DNA of 64,000 nt from Sandaracinaceae bacterium (GTDB lineage Bacteria > Myxococcota_A > Polyangia > Polyangiales > Sandaracinaceae), in contig JAVJQK010000024.1 of NCBI GenBank assembly GCA_040218145.1, positions 19,616-83,615 of the forward strand, written 5' to 3'. The translations under genes were made by a program, and so were the position numbers. Under the pieces are notes generated by a model. That model was not told the origin of the DNA. It worked only from the letters and a program-made list of their open reading frames with translations, and searched no databases. Below are positions 40,608 through 48,359 of this stretch, piece after piece (positions within the stretch are counted from its first letter, which is position 1; each line of letters begins with the position of its first letter).

Positions 40608-41051
40608 ATGTCACTCGAGGAACGGATCATGGAAGACCTCAAGGCCGCCATGAAGGCCAAGGACGAGGTCGCGAAGCTCACCCTGCGCTCGCTCAAGGCG
40701 GACTTGCTGAAGAAGGCGGTCGACCTCGGCCGTGATCTGGACGAGAGCGACGAGCTCGCGCTCCTGAGCTCCGCCGTGAAGTCGCGTCGGGACTCGGTGA
40801 GCGAGTACGAGAAGGCGGAGCGACAGGATCTCGCCGACGCCGAGAAGGCGGAGATCGCGGTCATCGAGCGCTACCTGCCGAAGCAGCTGTCCGAGGACGA
40901 GGCGCGCGCCGCGATCGAGTCCCTCGCGAAGGAGCTCGGCGTCAGCGAGAAGAAGCAGATGGGCCAGCTCATGAAGGCCGTCATGGACCGCTACCGCGGC
41001 CAGATCGACGGCAAGCAGGCCAGCCGCATCGCCGGGTCGCTGCTCTCCTGA
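40608..41051 (+). CDS. GatB/YqeY-domain protein
   Basis: MSLEERI..DLKAAMKAKD and later blocks are typical of YqeY. Confidence 0.8.
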   Translation: MSLEERIMEDLKAAMKAKDEVAKLTLRSLKADLLKKAVDLGRDLDESDELALLSSAVKSRRDSVSEYEKAERQDLADAEKAEIAVIERYLPKQLSEDEARAAIESLAKELGVSEKKQMGQLMKAVMDRYRGQIDGKQASRIAGSLLS

Positions 41052-41055
41052 GCCC

Positions 41056-41979
41056 TCAGCGAGGGCCGCAGTCGGCGCAGTCCGTGCCGAGCGCGCACAC
41101 GGAGTAGAGCGAGTCGGGGCCTCCGTCGTCGCACTCGCCGTCGTTCGAGCTCGAGCACGTGTTGCTGCACCCGCCACCGCCGCCGCCGCCTCCGGAGGAG
41201 CTGCCGCTGCTGGCCACGCCGCCGCTCTCGCCCGCGAGCCAGGAGACCATCGAGCAGCCCGTGTAGATGTTGCCCGCCGTGCCCTCGTACCGCACCGGCC
41301 CCGAGAAGTCCGAGCCGTCGTGCTCCTGGCGAAAGGAGTGGATCTGGATCGAGCAGTGGCCGTCCGGGAACCGGTGCCCGACCACGCCCGAGATTCGACG
41401 GCCCGTGATCACGCCCGAGCGGTTGTGGCGAAGGATCGACCACTCGTCGGACGCGATGCGCGTGGCCGCGGGGTCGTCGACCCAGCCCTGATCGCGCGCG
41501 CGCATCTGCACCGCTTCGTGCATCTGCGCCTCGAGCGCGCCGTCGTGCATGACCGGGTTGGTGTTCATCCGGTTGAGGCGGCGCAGGTAGTCGAGCCGCT
41601 CGCCGAAGCCTTGCGGCGCGGTCGCGCTGAAGCTGTAGCGGTCGCCGTCGATCGAGACCTCGTCCGCGTAGAGGAAGCGCTCTCCATCGCACGCGGTGAC
41701 GAAGAGGAACTCGGCCGCGCTCTGCACCTCGAGCTGCACCGACTCGCCCGGCTCCATCCGGTCTCCGTGGGACGCGGTGTGATCGTCCTGCACCAGCTCG
41801 ACCCCGCACAGCGCCTCGCCCGACGCGTTCTCGAAGGTGATCGCGCCCGTGTATTCCCCGCCCGACGAGGAGCCGCCGCCGCCGCCTCCCCCTCCGCGCC
41901 GTCGACAGCCGGTCCACGCCAGAAGACCCACGGCCACACACCCGATCACGACCCAGTTGCTCACACTTCGTCCACGCAT
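41056..41979 (-). CDS. Hypothetical lipoprotein with Gly/Ser-rich linkers and Cys-rich C-terminus
   Basis: Lipobox LAWTGC. Confidence 0.5.
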   Translation of the reverse strand: MRGRSVSNWVVIGCVAVGLLAWTGCRRRGGGGGGGGSSSGGEYTGAITFENASGEALCGVELVQDDHTASHGDRMEPGESVQLEVQSAAEFLFVTACDGERFLYADEVSIDGDRYSFSATAPQGFGERLDYLRRLNRMNTNPVMHDGALEAQMHEAVQMRARDQGWVDDPAATRIASDEWSILRHNRSGVITGRRISGVVGHRFPDGHCSIQIHSFRQEHDGSDFSGPVRYEGTAGNIYTGCSMVSWLAGESGGVASSGSSSGGGGGGGGCSNTCSSSNDGECDDGGPDSLYSVCALGTDCADCGPR

Positions 41980-42043
41980 CGAGAACCCTCCTTCGCGGAT
42001 CAGGGTTCGTCGCTCGAGCCGGCACGGGTAGTGGCAGAATTCG

Positions 42044-45000
42044 CTACGGACGGACGCAGCTCGAGTCCTCGAGGCAGAACGGGTCTTCGAGGACCTCCCA
42101 GACCAGCTCGCTCCCGCCGCTCGCGAGGTACCAGCCGATCGCGTTGAGCAGGTACTCGCCTTCGTCGAAGACCTTGTCCGGGTCGACGGGCAACAGGACG
42201 TGCTGTCCGTTGGGGATCGTCATCGCGTTGAGCACGACGCTGAAGCCCTCGAAGTCGCCGCGCGTCCGCCACGGATCGCCGAAGGCGTCGATGGCGCGCG
42301 CGCTGACCCGACCCCACCGGAGCGGCGGATCGAGGCGCATCGGGCGCAGGCCGCCCTCCGCCTCGGCCAGCTGACGGTTGCCGCGCGGGGAGAAGAACTG
42401 CCGGCCCTCCGAGAGGTCGTCCACGTCGAAGAGGAACTGCGGCGCGCCCTCGACCGGGTGGCGCTCGAGGCGCGCCAGCCCCTCGAGCACGTGGCGCGCG
42501 ATCAGCACGTCGTCCGGCGTGGGCTGGCCCCAGGCCCCCTGCACGCGCGACGGCGCCGTGTAGTCGGTCAGCTCGATCGGCGCGTCCGGTGGCAGGAACG
42601 CGAGGATGCCGGCGGCGCGCGCGTAGGCGTTGCCGGTGGAGGGAGGCACGGTGGTGTCGCCCGCGGTGTTGAGCACCATGATCGAGCGGGTGCGCGGCGT
42701 GACGTCCTCGGCCATCACCGGGTCGAGGAACACCTGGCGCGCGTAGTTGATCGGGTCGGCGGGATCGACCGCGATCTGCGCGAGCCCGGCCAGCCGCCGG
42801 AGGTCCGGGGTCTGCCGGGCGAGGCCCAGCCCCTCGGCGGGCGCGACGAGCGGAGAGCCCGCCTCGAACACCTGGCCCTGGTAGACGGCGCACGCGCCGC
42901 ACGCGCCGTCCCCGTCGCCGTTGCCCGAGCGCCAGGTCTCGATGACGTCGAGCACGTCGGGCGCCTCGCCCTCTTCCACGTCTTCGTCGAAGCGGCAGGT
43001 TCCCAGATCCATGCGCCCGACCGCGTCGTCGTAGATCAGCACGCTGAGCCGGTCTCCACGCGAGGTGGGGATCTGCGTCCGGAAGCGTCCCTCGGGCCCG
43101 ACAGCGGCGCAACGCGTCTCTCCATTGGTGAGGTTCGCCAGGAAGAGGACGTCGCCCTCGTCGAGGCTCGCCTCGGAGACGCACGCGAACTCCACGCGGG
43201 CGCGCTCGCTGAGATCGGGCAGCTCGAAGAAGAGCGAGCGCGAGCCGGCCTCGCAGGCGGTCTGGGGGCTCGGGCCGCCGCTGGGCTGAGAGGCGACGAT
43301 GGGGCCCATCACGCGGAGCCAGATCGGGTTGCGCGCCGTGCCGAGCGAGGTGCGCAGGCCGAGGTCGAAGAGGCCGCCTCCCCCGCTCACGGGCGCCGCC
43401 GCGGTGATCGCGGGCTCCACCCCGGTGTTGAGCATGCTCAGGATGCCGCCGAGCGAGCTGCCCCACTGGCCGTACGGGACGTCCCAGCCGCCGAGGTCGG
43501 GCACGCCGTCTCCGTCGAAGTCGCCGGCCAGGTCGCGGTCCCCGTCGCCGTCGATGTCGCCGTCGAACTCCACGTCGAAGCGCGAGCTGCGGAGCGGCAC
43601 CGTCGCGGGCTCCCAGTCGCGGCCCTCCGGGAAGTCCGGGTGACCCTGCCAGGAGCGCACGATCCGGATGGCCTGCAGCCAGTCGACGACGCTCTGCCGC
43701 AGGGTGTCGCGCGTGTGGAACATGTAGGCGCTGAAGTAGAGCCCCGCGCTGTCGGCGCTCCCGTCGCCGTTGAGGTCCCGCGCGCGGTCCTCGGCGATGG
43801 CGCGGCCCAGCGGCGCGAGGCAGCTGCTGGCCAGCACCGCCTCGAGGAGCGGGCGGAGATCGTCGCCGAGGGGCAGGCCGTGACCGGGCGCCGTGATGCT
43901 CACCGTGGCCACGCCGTGGTTGGCGGTGAGCCCGGCGAAGGCGATGGCCTCGAGGTTCAGCGAGCCGTAGCCGTGCGCGTAGAAGGTGGTGCGGAAGGGC
44001 TGGCGGTGGGTCTCGGTCTCCTTCGGCACGACGATGAAGATCGGGACGAGCGCGCGATCGATCCGCGCCTCGCCGGTGACGCGGTTCAGGTCGAAGGTGT
44101 CGTCGACGCTCTCGTTCTCCGGGTCCCCGAGGAAGTAGGGCGACTCGAAGAAGCCGAACGCGAGGTGCGAGACCGAGCGCTCGAGGCTCTCGAGCACCGC
44201 GTCGAGCTGGGTGACGGGCACGCCGAGATCCGAGACGGGCAGGCCCTCGAGCGCCTCGGCGAGCTGCGCGGGGGTCACCGTGTAGATGCCAGGGCCCGGC
44301 TCACACGGCTCGGTGCGCGTGCCGCCGCGCAGCGGGGCGGGGGTCATGCGCGCGGGGAAGTCCTCGGCGAGCCGCGCGAACGGTCCGCGTCCGTAGAGGC
44401 CCTCGCGGATCGCCGTCAGGTCGTGCTGCGTCGACTGGGTGGTGAAGCTCCACGCGAACGCGACGCCCGCCCAGGCGCTCCGCGACAGGTCGCCGTAGAT
44501 GTGCGGCTTTTCGGCGAAGATGTCGGGCAGCGAGGCGAGGTCCTCGCGCTGCGAGAGCGGATGCACGAAGTCGAAGGGGGAGCGCACCGGCTCGCCGCTC
44601 GGCCCGCGCAGGCGCCGGGTGATCACCACCGCGTACTGACGCTGCGGCTCCAGAGGGAGGATCGGCCGCAGGACGAGCGTGTTCGTCTCGCGCTCGTAGA
44701 ACCAGAGCATGCGATCGACGGTCTCGTTCGGCGCACCGGTGAGCCGGCCGTCGAGCGTGTTGGGCTGGTCGAGCACGCCGTCGGAGTCGGTGTCCTCGCC
44801 CGGATCGAGCCGGCCGTTGCGGTTGATGTCCTCGTCGACGGTCTCGAAGAGCAGGTTGGACTCCCCGCCGCGCGGGTCGTTCGTGTAGTAGCCGTTCGGG
44901 TCGGCCACCACCCGAGGGAAGCGATCGCTGTTGACGTCGAGCGGCACGGGGAGGCCGGTCTCGAGGTCGATGAGGTAGATGGCGTGTCGCTGGAAGTCGT

Positions 45001-45364
45001 CGGCCGAGAAGCGGGTCCCGCCCTGCACGCGGATGAGCTGATCGGTGTCGATCGGCGACTCGAACGACACGCTGATGGGCGCGAAGGTGCCCCAGCCGTC
45101 GAGGCGGTCGAACTCCTGCCGCAGCCGCCGCTCCATGCTGGAGGGGGCGACGAGGCTCGCGTTGATCCGGCGCCCGGTGGGCGAGTCCGGGTCGGGCCAG
45201 GTGGCCACGTCGTTCGGCAGCGGGATCTCGGGGAGCGGCTCGGCCTCGAGGTCCCAGACGATCCGCGGGCCCGTGCCCGGCTCGGTCTCGGCCCAGCCCT
45301 GAGGGAGTCCGCCGCTCTCGCACGCCAGGAGCGAGAGGGCCACCGCGAAGCGAAAGAGACGCAT
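42044..45364 (-). CDS. Large (1,106 aa) secreted lipoprotein, alpha/beta-hydrolase-like with Ca-binding Asp-rich repeats
   Basis: Lipobox LLACES. GxSxG (WGSSLGG). DGDGDRDLAGDFDGDGVPD thrombospondin-type-3-like motif. Confidence 0.6.
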   Translation of the reverse strand: MRLFRFAVALSLLACESGGLPQGWAETEPGTGPRIVWDLEAEPLPEIPLPNDVATWPDPDSPTGRRINASLVAPSSMERRLRQEFDRLDGWGTFAPISVSFESPIDTDQLIRVQGGTRFSADDFQRHAIYLIDLETGLPVPLDVNSDRFPRVVADPNGYYTNDPRGGESNLLFETVDEDINRNGRLDPGEDTDSDGVLDQPNTLDGRLTGAPNETVDRMLWFYERETNTLVLRPILPLEPQRQYAVVITRRLRGPSGEPVRSPFDFVHPLSQREDLASLPDIFAEKPHIYGDLSRSAWAGVAFAWSFTTQSTQHDLTAIREGLYGRGPFARLAEDFPARMTPAPLRGGTRTEPCEPGPGIYTVTPAQLAEALEGLPVSDLGVPVTQLDAVLESLERSVSHLAFGFFESPYFLGDPENESVDDTFDLNRVTGEARIDRALVPIFIVVPKETETHRQPFRTTFYAHGYGSLNLEAIAFAGLTANHGVATVSITAPGHGLPLGDDLRPLLEAVLASSCLAPLGRAIAEDRARDLNGDGSADSAGLYFSAYMFHTRDTLRQSVVDWLQAIRIVRSWQGHPDFPEGRDWEPATVPLRSSRFDVEFDGDIDGDGDRDLAGDFDGDGVPDLGGWDVPYGQWGSSLGGILSMLNTGVEPAITAAAPVSGGGGLFDLGLRTSLGTARNPIWLRVMGPIVASQPSGGPSPQTACEAGSRSLFFELPDLSERARVEFACVSEASLDEGDVLFLANLTNGETRCAAVGPEGRFRTQIPTSRGDRLSVLIYDDAVGRMDLGTCRFDEDVEEGEAPDVLDVIETWRSGNGDGDGACGACAVYQGQVFEAGSPLVAPAEGLGLARQTPDLRRLAGLAQIAVDPADPINYARQVFLDPVMAEDVTPRTRSIMVLNTAGDTTVPPSTGNAYARAAGILAFLPPDAPIELTDYTAPSRVQGAWGQPTPDDVLIARHVLEGLARLERHPVEGAPQFLFDVDDLSEGRQFFSPRGNRQLAEAEGGLRPMRLDPPLRWGRVSARAIDAFGDPWRTRGDFEGFSVVLNAMTIPNGQHVLLPVDPDKVFDEGEYLLNAIGWYLASGGSELVWEVLEDPFCLEDSSCVRP

Positions 45365-45601
45365 CGCCCCGGAGCATAACGAAGACGGAAGCAGAACGCG
45401 CAGCCCCCGGATGGAGGCCGCGCGTTCGGCGGGGGGAGCGCGAGGCTCAGGCGGGGGGCGGGCAGACCGAGGTGTCCATGGGACACGCGCCGGTCGCGCA
45501 GCGGTGCATGACCTCCGGGCGCAGGCTCACGTCGAGGCTGAGCGGCGTCTCCGCGTCCGCGCCGGCGTGGATCGTGGGCGGGCACAGTCCAATCCCGCCG
45601 C

Positions 45602-46336
45602 TCACGCTCGCTTCTTGCGCCCGGGGAGGAGCGCCTCCATCGGCTCGACCTCGAACGCGTTCTTCTCTTCGTCCCAGTCGACGATCAGCGCCTCGTCGCC
45701 GCGCTCGAGGGCCTCGGGGTCGGCGCAGCGGACATGGAGAATCATGCCGGCTTGCCCATCCTTCAGCTCCGCCTGCCCGAAGCCCCCGTCGACGTTGCCG
45801 GTGCGGATGCGGACGACCTGACCGACGAGGTCGCGGTTGCCCCTGGCCTTGTGCACCCTGAAGAGCGGCGCCATCGGACGGGTCAGCAGCGACGTCAGCG
45901 GCACCGCGGCGAGGAGCGCGGCGAGGGTGACCACGAGGCCCGAGAGGAAGCCGCCGAGGGGGAGCGCGGGCGCGAGGTAGCGGGCCCCGAAGAAGGAGGC
46001 GAGCCAGCCGAGGAGCACGACGAGGCTGAAGACGACGGTCAGCGGCGCGTGGCGCAGCCCGAGCGCGGACAGCAGCCCCGCGAAGCCGCCGACGCCGAGC
46101 TCACCCTCGGCCGCCCCGTCCGCCGCGCCATCGACCGCGCCGTCCACTGCGCCATCGACCGCGCCGTCGACCGCGCCATCGAGCGCGCCGTCCGCGCCGT
46201 CGAGCCCGCCCGGGTCGAAGAGGTCGAGGTCCAGCGCGCCCAGGACGACCGACAGCCAGTACAGGACGACCACCACGAGGAGGCCGGTGAAGGCCAGCGT
46301 GGGCATGGAGAGCGCGACGGCGAGGAAGTCCTGCAT
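45602..46336 (-). CDS. YqiJ/NfeD-like membrane protein (TM helices + C-terminal OB-fold) with (DGAV)n repeat
   Basis: Two TM regions. OB-like C-terminus VGQVVRIRTGNVDGGFGQAELKDGQAGMILHV. 15-nt tandem repeat at about 46100-46210. Confidence 0.6.
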   Translation of the reverse strand: MQDFLAVALSMPTLAFTGLLVVVVLYWLSVVLGALDLDLFDPGGLDGADGALDGAVDGAVDGAVDGAVDGAADGAAEGELGVGGFAGLLSALGLRHAPLTVVFSLVVLLGWLASFFGARYLAPALPLGGFLSGLVVTLAALLAAVPLTSLLTRPMAPLFRVHKARGNRDLVGQVVRIRTGNVDGGFGQAELKDGQAGMILHVRCADPEALERGDEALIVDWDEEKNAFEVEPMEALLPGRKKRA

Positions 46337-46497
46337 TGGGGCGCGATGAGAGGGGCGCGAGATGAAAGGGGCGCGCGATGAGAGGGGCGCGCGATGAGAG
46401 TACCGCTTCGGCGCCCCCCTCGCGTAGGGGTCAACCCACCGGGCCGAGCTTGATTCCGCGACTCGCACGAGCGACCGGTTGGCGCTACTTCTATGAG

Positions 46498-47442
46498 GTG
46501 CACGCCTGCCGGCCTTTCCTTCGATGGCTCCTCGCGCTGCTGCTCGCCGCGAGCGCTCTCCCTTCGGTGACCCACGCCCAGGGCGCCCGTCAGCTCGACG
46601 ACCCGACCGGGATCACGCCCGTGCGCCCGCGACCGGTGGAGCCAGCGCCCGCGACCACGGGCCAGCAGGGCCCGGGCTTCGAGACCGCGTGGGGCTCGGC
46701 GTACGACGTGCCGCCCGCGCCGGCCGAAGGCGAGGCCCCCGACGCGCCCGCCGACGCCGCGCTCCAGCAGCGCCTGCGCTTCCTCGACGCGAGCTTCGCG
46801 CTCCTCAGCGGCCAGGGCCCCAACTACACCAGCGGCGTGATCAGCCTGATCCTCGGCGGCGTCACGATCGCGGCCGGGGCCATCTTCCTCGACCAGGGCC
46901 CGCCGTGGGATCTCTTCGCGCCGTTCATGATCGCGTCGGGCAGCGTGGCCGTGCTGAGCACGGTGATCACCGACTTCATCCTGCGCCCGAACCCGGAGCC
47001 GGTCTCGCTGCAGTACCTCGCCATGTCCAGCGGCACGCGCGCGGAGCGGCTCGCCAAGCTGAACTACGGCGAGGAGCAGCTCGCCTCGCTCGCCGAGCAG
47101 CACCTGATCCTGCGGGTGGTCGACGCGTCGCTCGCGGTGGCCGGCGCGGGCGTATCGGTGGGCGCCTACCTCGGGCTGCGGCCCCCCGGAGACTTCGACG
47201 CGATCGAGCTGCTCTTCATCGCGCCCGCCGCCATCACGGTCATCGCGGCGCTGATCGGGCTCTTCAACGAGTCGGGCGCCGAGCGCCGCTGGAGCGCCTA
47301 CCAGCGCCTGCGCGACTCGCTCTCGCCCGAAGATCGCGCCCTGCTCGAGATGGAGCTCCGCCAGGAGCCCTCGTTCTCGCTCCGCCCCCTCGCGGGCGCG
47401 ACGTCGTCCGGCGGCATGCTCGGCCTCACCGGCTCCTTCTGA
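46498..47442 (+). CDS. Hypothetical membrane protein
   Basis: Signal peptide plus 3-4 TM segments. Start codon uncertain (GTG). Confidence 0.45.
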   Translation: MHACRPFLRWLLALLLAASALPSVTHAQGARQLDDPTGITPVRPRPVEPAPATTGQQGPGFETAWGSAYDVPPAPAEGEAPDAPADAALQQRLRFLDASFALLSGQGPNYTSGVISLILGGVTIAAGAIFLDQGPPWDLFAPFMIASGSVAVLSTVITDFILRPNPEPVSLQYLAMSSGTRAERLAKLNYGEEQLASLAEQHLILRVVDASLAVAGAGVSVGAYLGLRPPGDFDAIELLFIAPAAITVIAALIGLFNESGAERRWSAYQRLRDSLSPEDRALLEMELRQEPSFSLRPLAGATSSGGMLGLTGSF

Positions 47443-47446
47443 GCCG

Positions 47447-48343
47447 TCAGCGGCCGCCCTCGAGCTCCTCGAGGGTCTTCGGCCAGCTCTTCTTGAGGAG
47501 GCGCGAGAGCGAGCGGTCGGCGAGCAGCCGGCCCTCGGTCTGGCAGGTGGGGCAGTAGTTCGCCTCGTTCTCCGCGTAGCGGATGCGCATCACCTTCTGA
47601 CCGCACACGGGGCAGGGCTCCTTGTACTTCCCGTGCACCGCCATCTCGGGGCGGAAGGCGGTGACCTTGGTCGGGAAGGCGTCGCCCGTCTCCTCCTTCA
47701 GGCGCGCGATCCACTCTCGCAATACCTCTTGCGTGCACGCGTGGAGCCGCGCGATCTCCTCGTCGTCGAGCTGATCCGAGCGGCGCATCGGGGAGAGCTT
47801 GGCGCGGTGCAGGATCTCGTCGCTGTAGGCGTTGCCGATCCCGCTCAGGAGGCGCTGATCCGTCAGCGAGCGCTTGAGGGTGTGGCGCTCGCGGGTGAGC
47901 GCGTGCTTGAAGGCGTCGAAGTCGGCCTCGAGCGGCTCGGTCCCGCCGCGGTCGAACTCGGCGAGGCTCTTCTCGCCCTTCACCATGTGGAGCGAGGCCC
48001 GCTTCTTCTTGCTCACCTCGGTCAGGATGAGCGTGCCGCGCTCGAAGTCGAAGCCGGCCAGCCCGACGCGGCCGGGGACCTTCGCGCCCGGCTCCTCGTC
48101 CCACTTGAAGCGGCCCGCCACCATCAGGTGGATCACCACGAAGTGATCGCGCGTCAGCTCGAAGACGATGCGCTTCCCGATGCGGCGCAGCCCCTTCACC
48201 TTCCGGCCCACCACCTCGTCGATGGAGGGCTCGACGCTGCGTAGTAGGAACGGGCTCGCGAGCCGGATCTTCTCGAGCTTGGTGCCGACCGTGCGCTCGG
48301 CGATGGCGTCGATGTAGAGCTGGACGTCGGGGAGCTCGGGCAT
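47447..48343 (-). CDS. Formamidopyrimidine/Nei-family DNA glycosylase
   Basis: MPELPDV N-terminus. C-terminal zinc finger CPVCG...CPTCQ. RBS GAGGAGAGG. Confidence 0.85.
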   Translation of the reverse strand: MPELPDVQLYIDAIAERTVGTKLEKIRLASPFLLRSVEPSIDEVVGRKVKGLRRIGKRIVFELTRDHFVVIHLMVAGRFKWDEEPGAKVPGRVGLAGFDFERGTLILTEVSKKKRASLHMVKGEKSLAEFDRGGTEPLEADFDAFKHALTRERHTLKRSLTDQRLLSGIGNAYSDEILHRAKLSPMRRSDQLDDEEIARLHACTQEVLREWIARLKEETGDAFPTKVTAFRPEMAVHGKYKEPCPVCGQKVMRIRYAENEANYCPTCQTEGRLLADRSLSRLLKKSWPKTLEELEGGR

Positions 48344-48359
48344 ACGAAACCTCTCCTCG

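Noticed and set aside
42200-45379. 1,059-aa plus-strand ORF opposite the large hydrolase lipoprotein gene
   Set aside because: It is an antisense GC-frame artefact. The minus-strand gene has a signal peptide, lipobox and GxSxG, whereas this ORF is a low-complexity R/A/G/E-rich translation.
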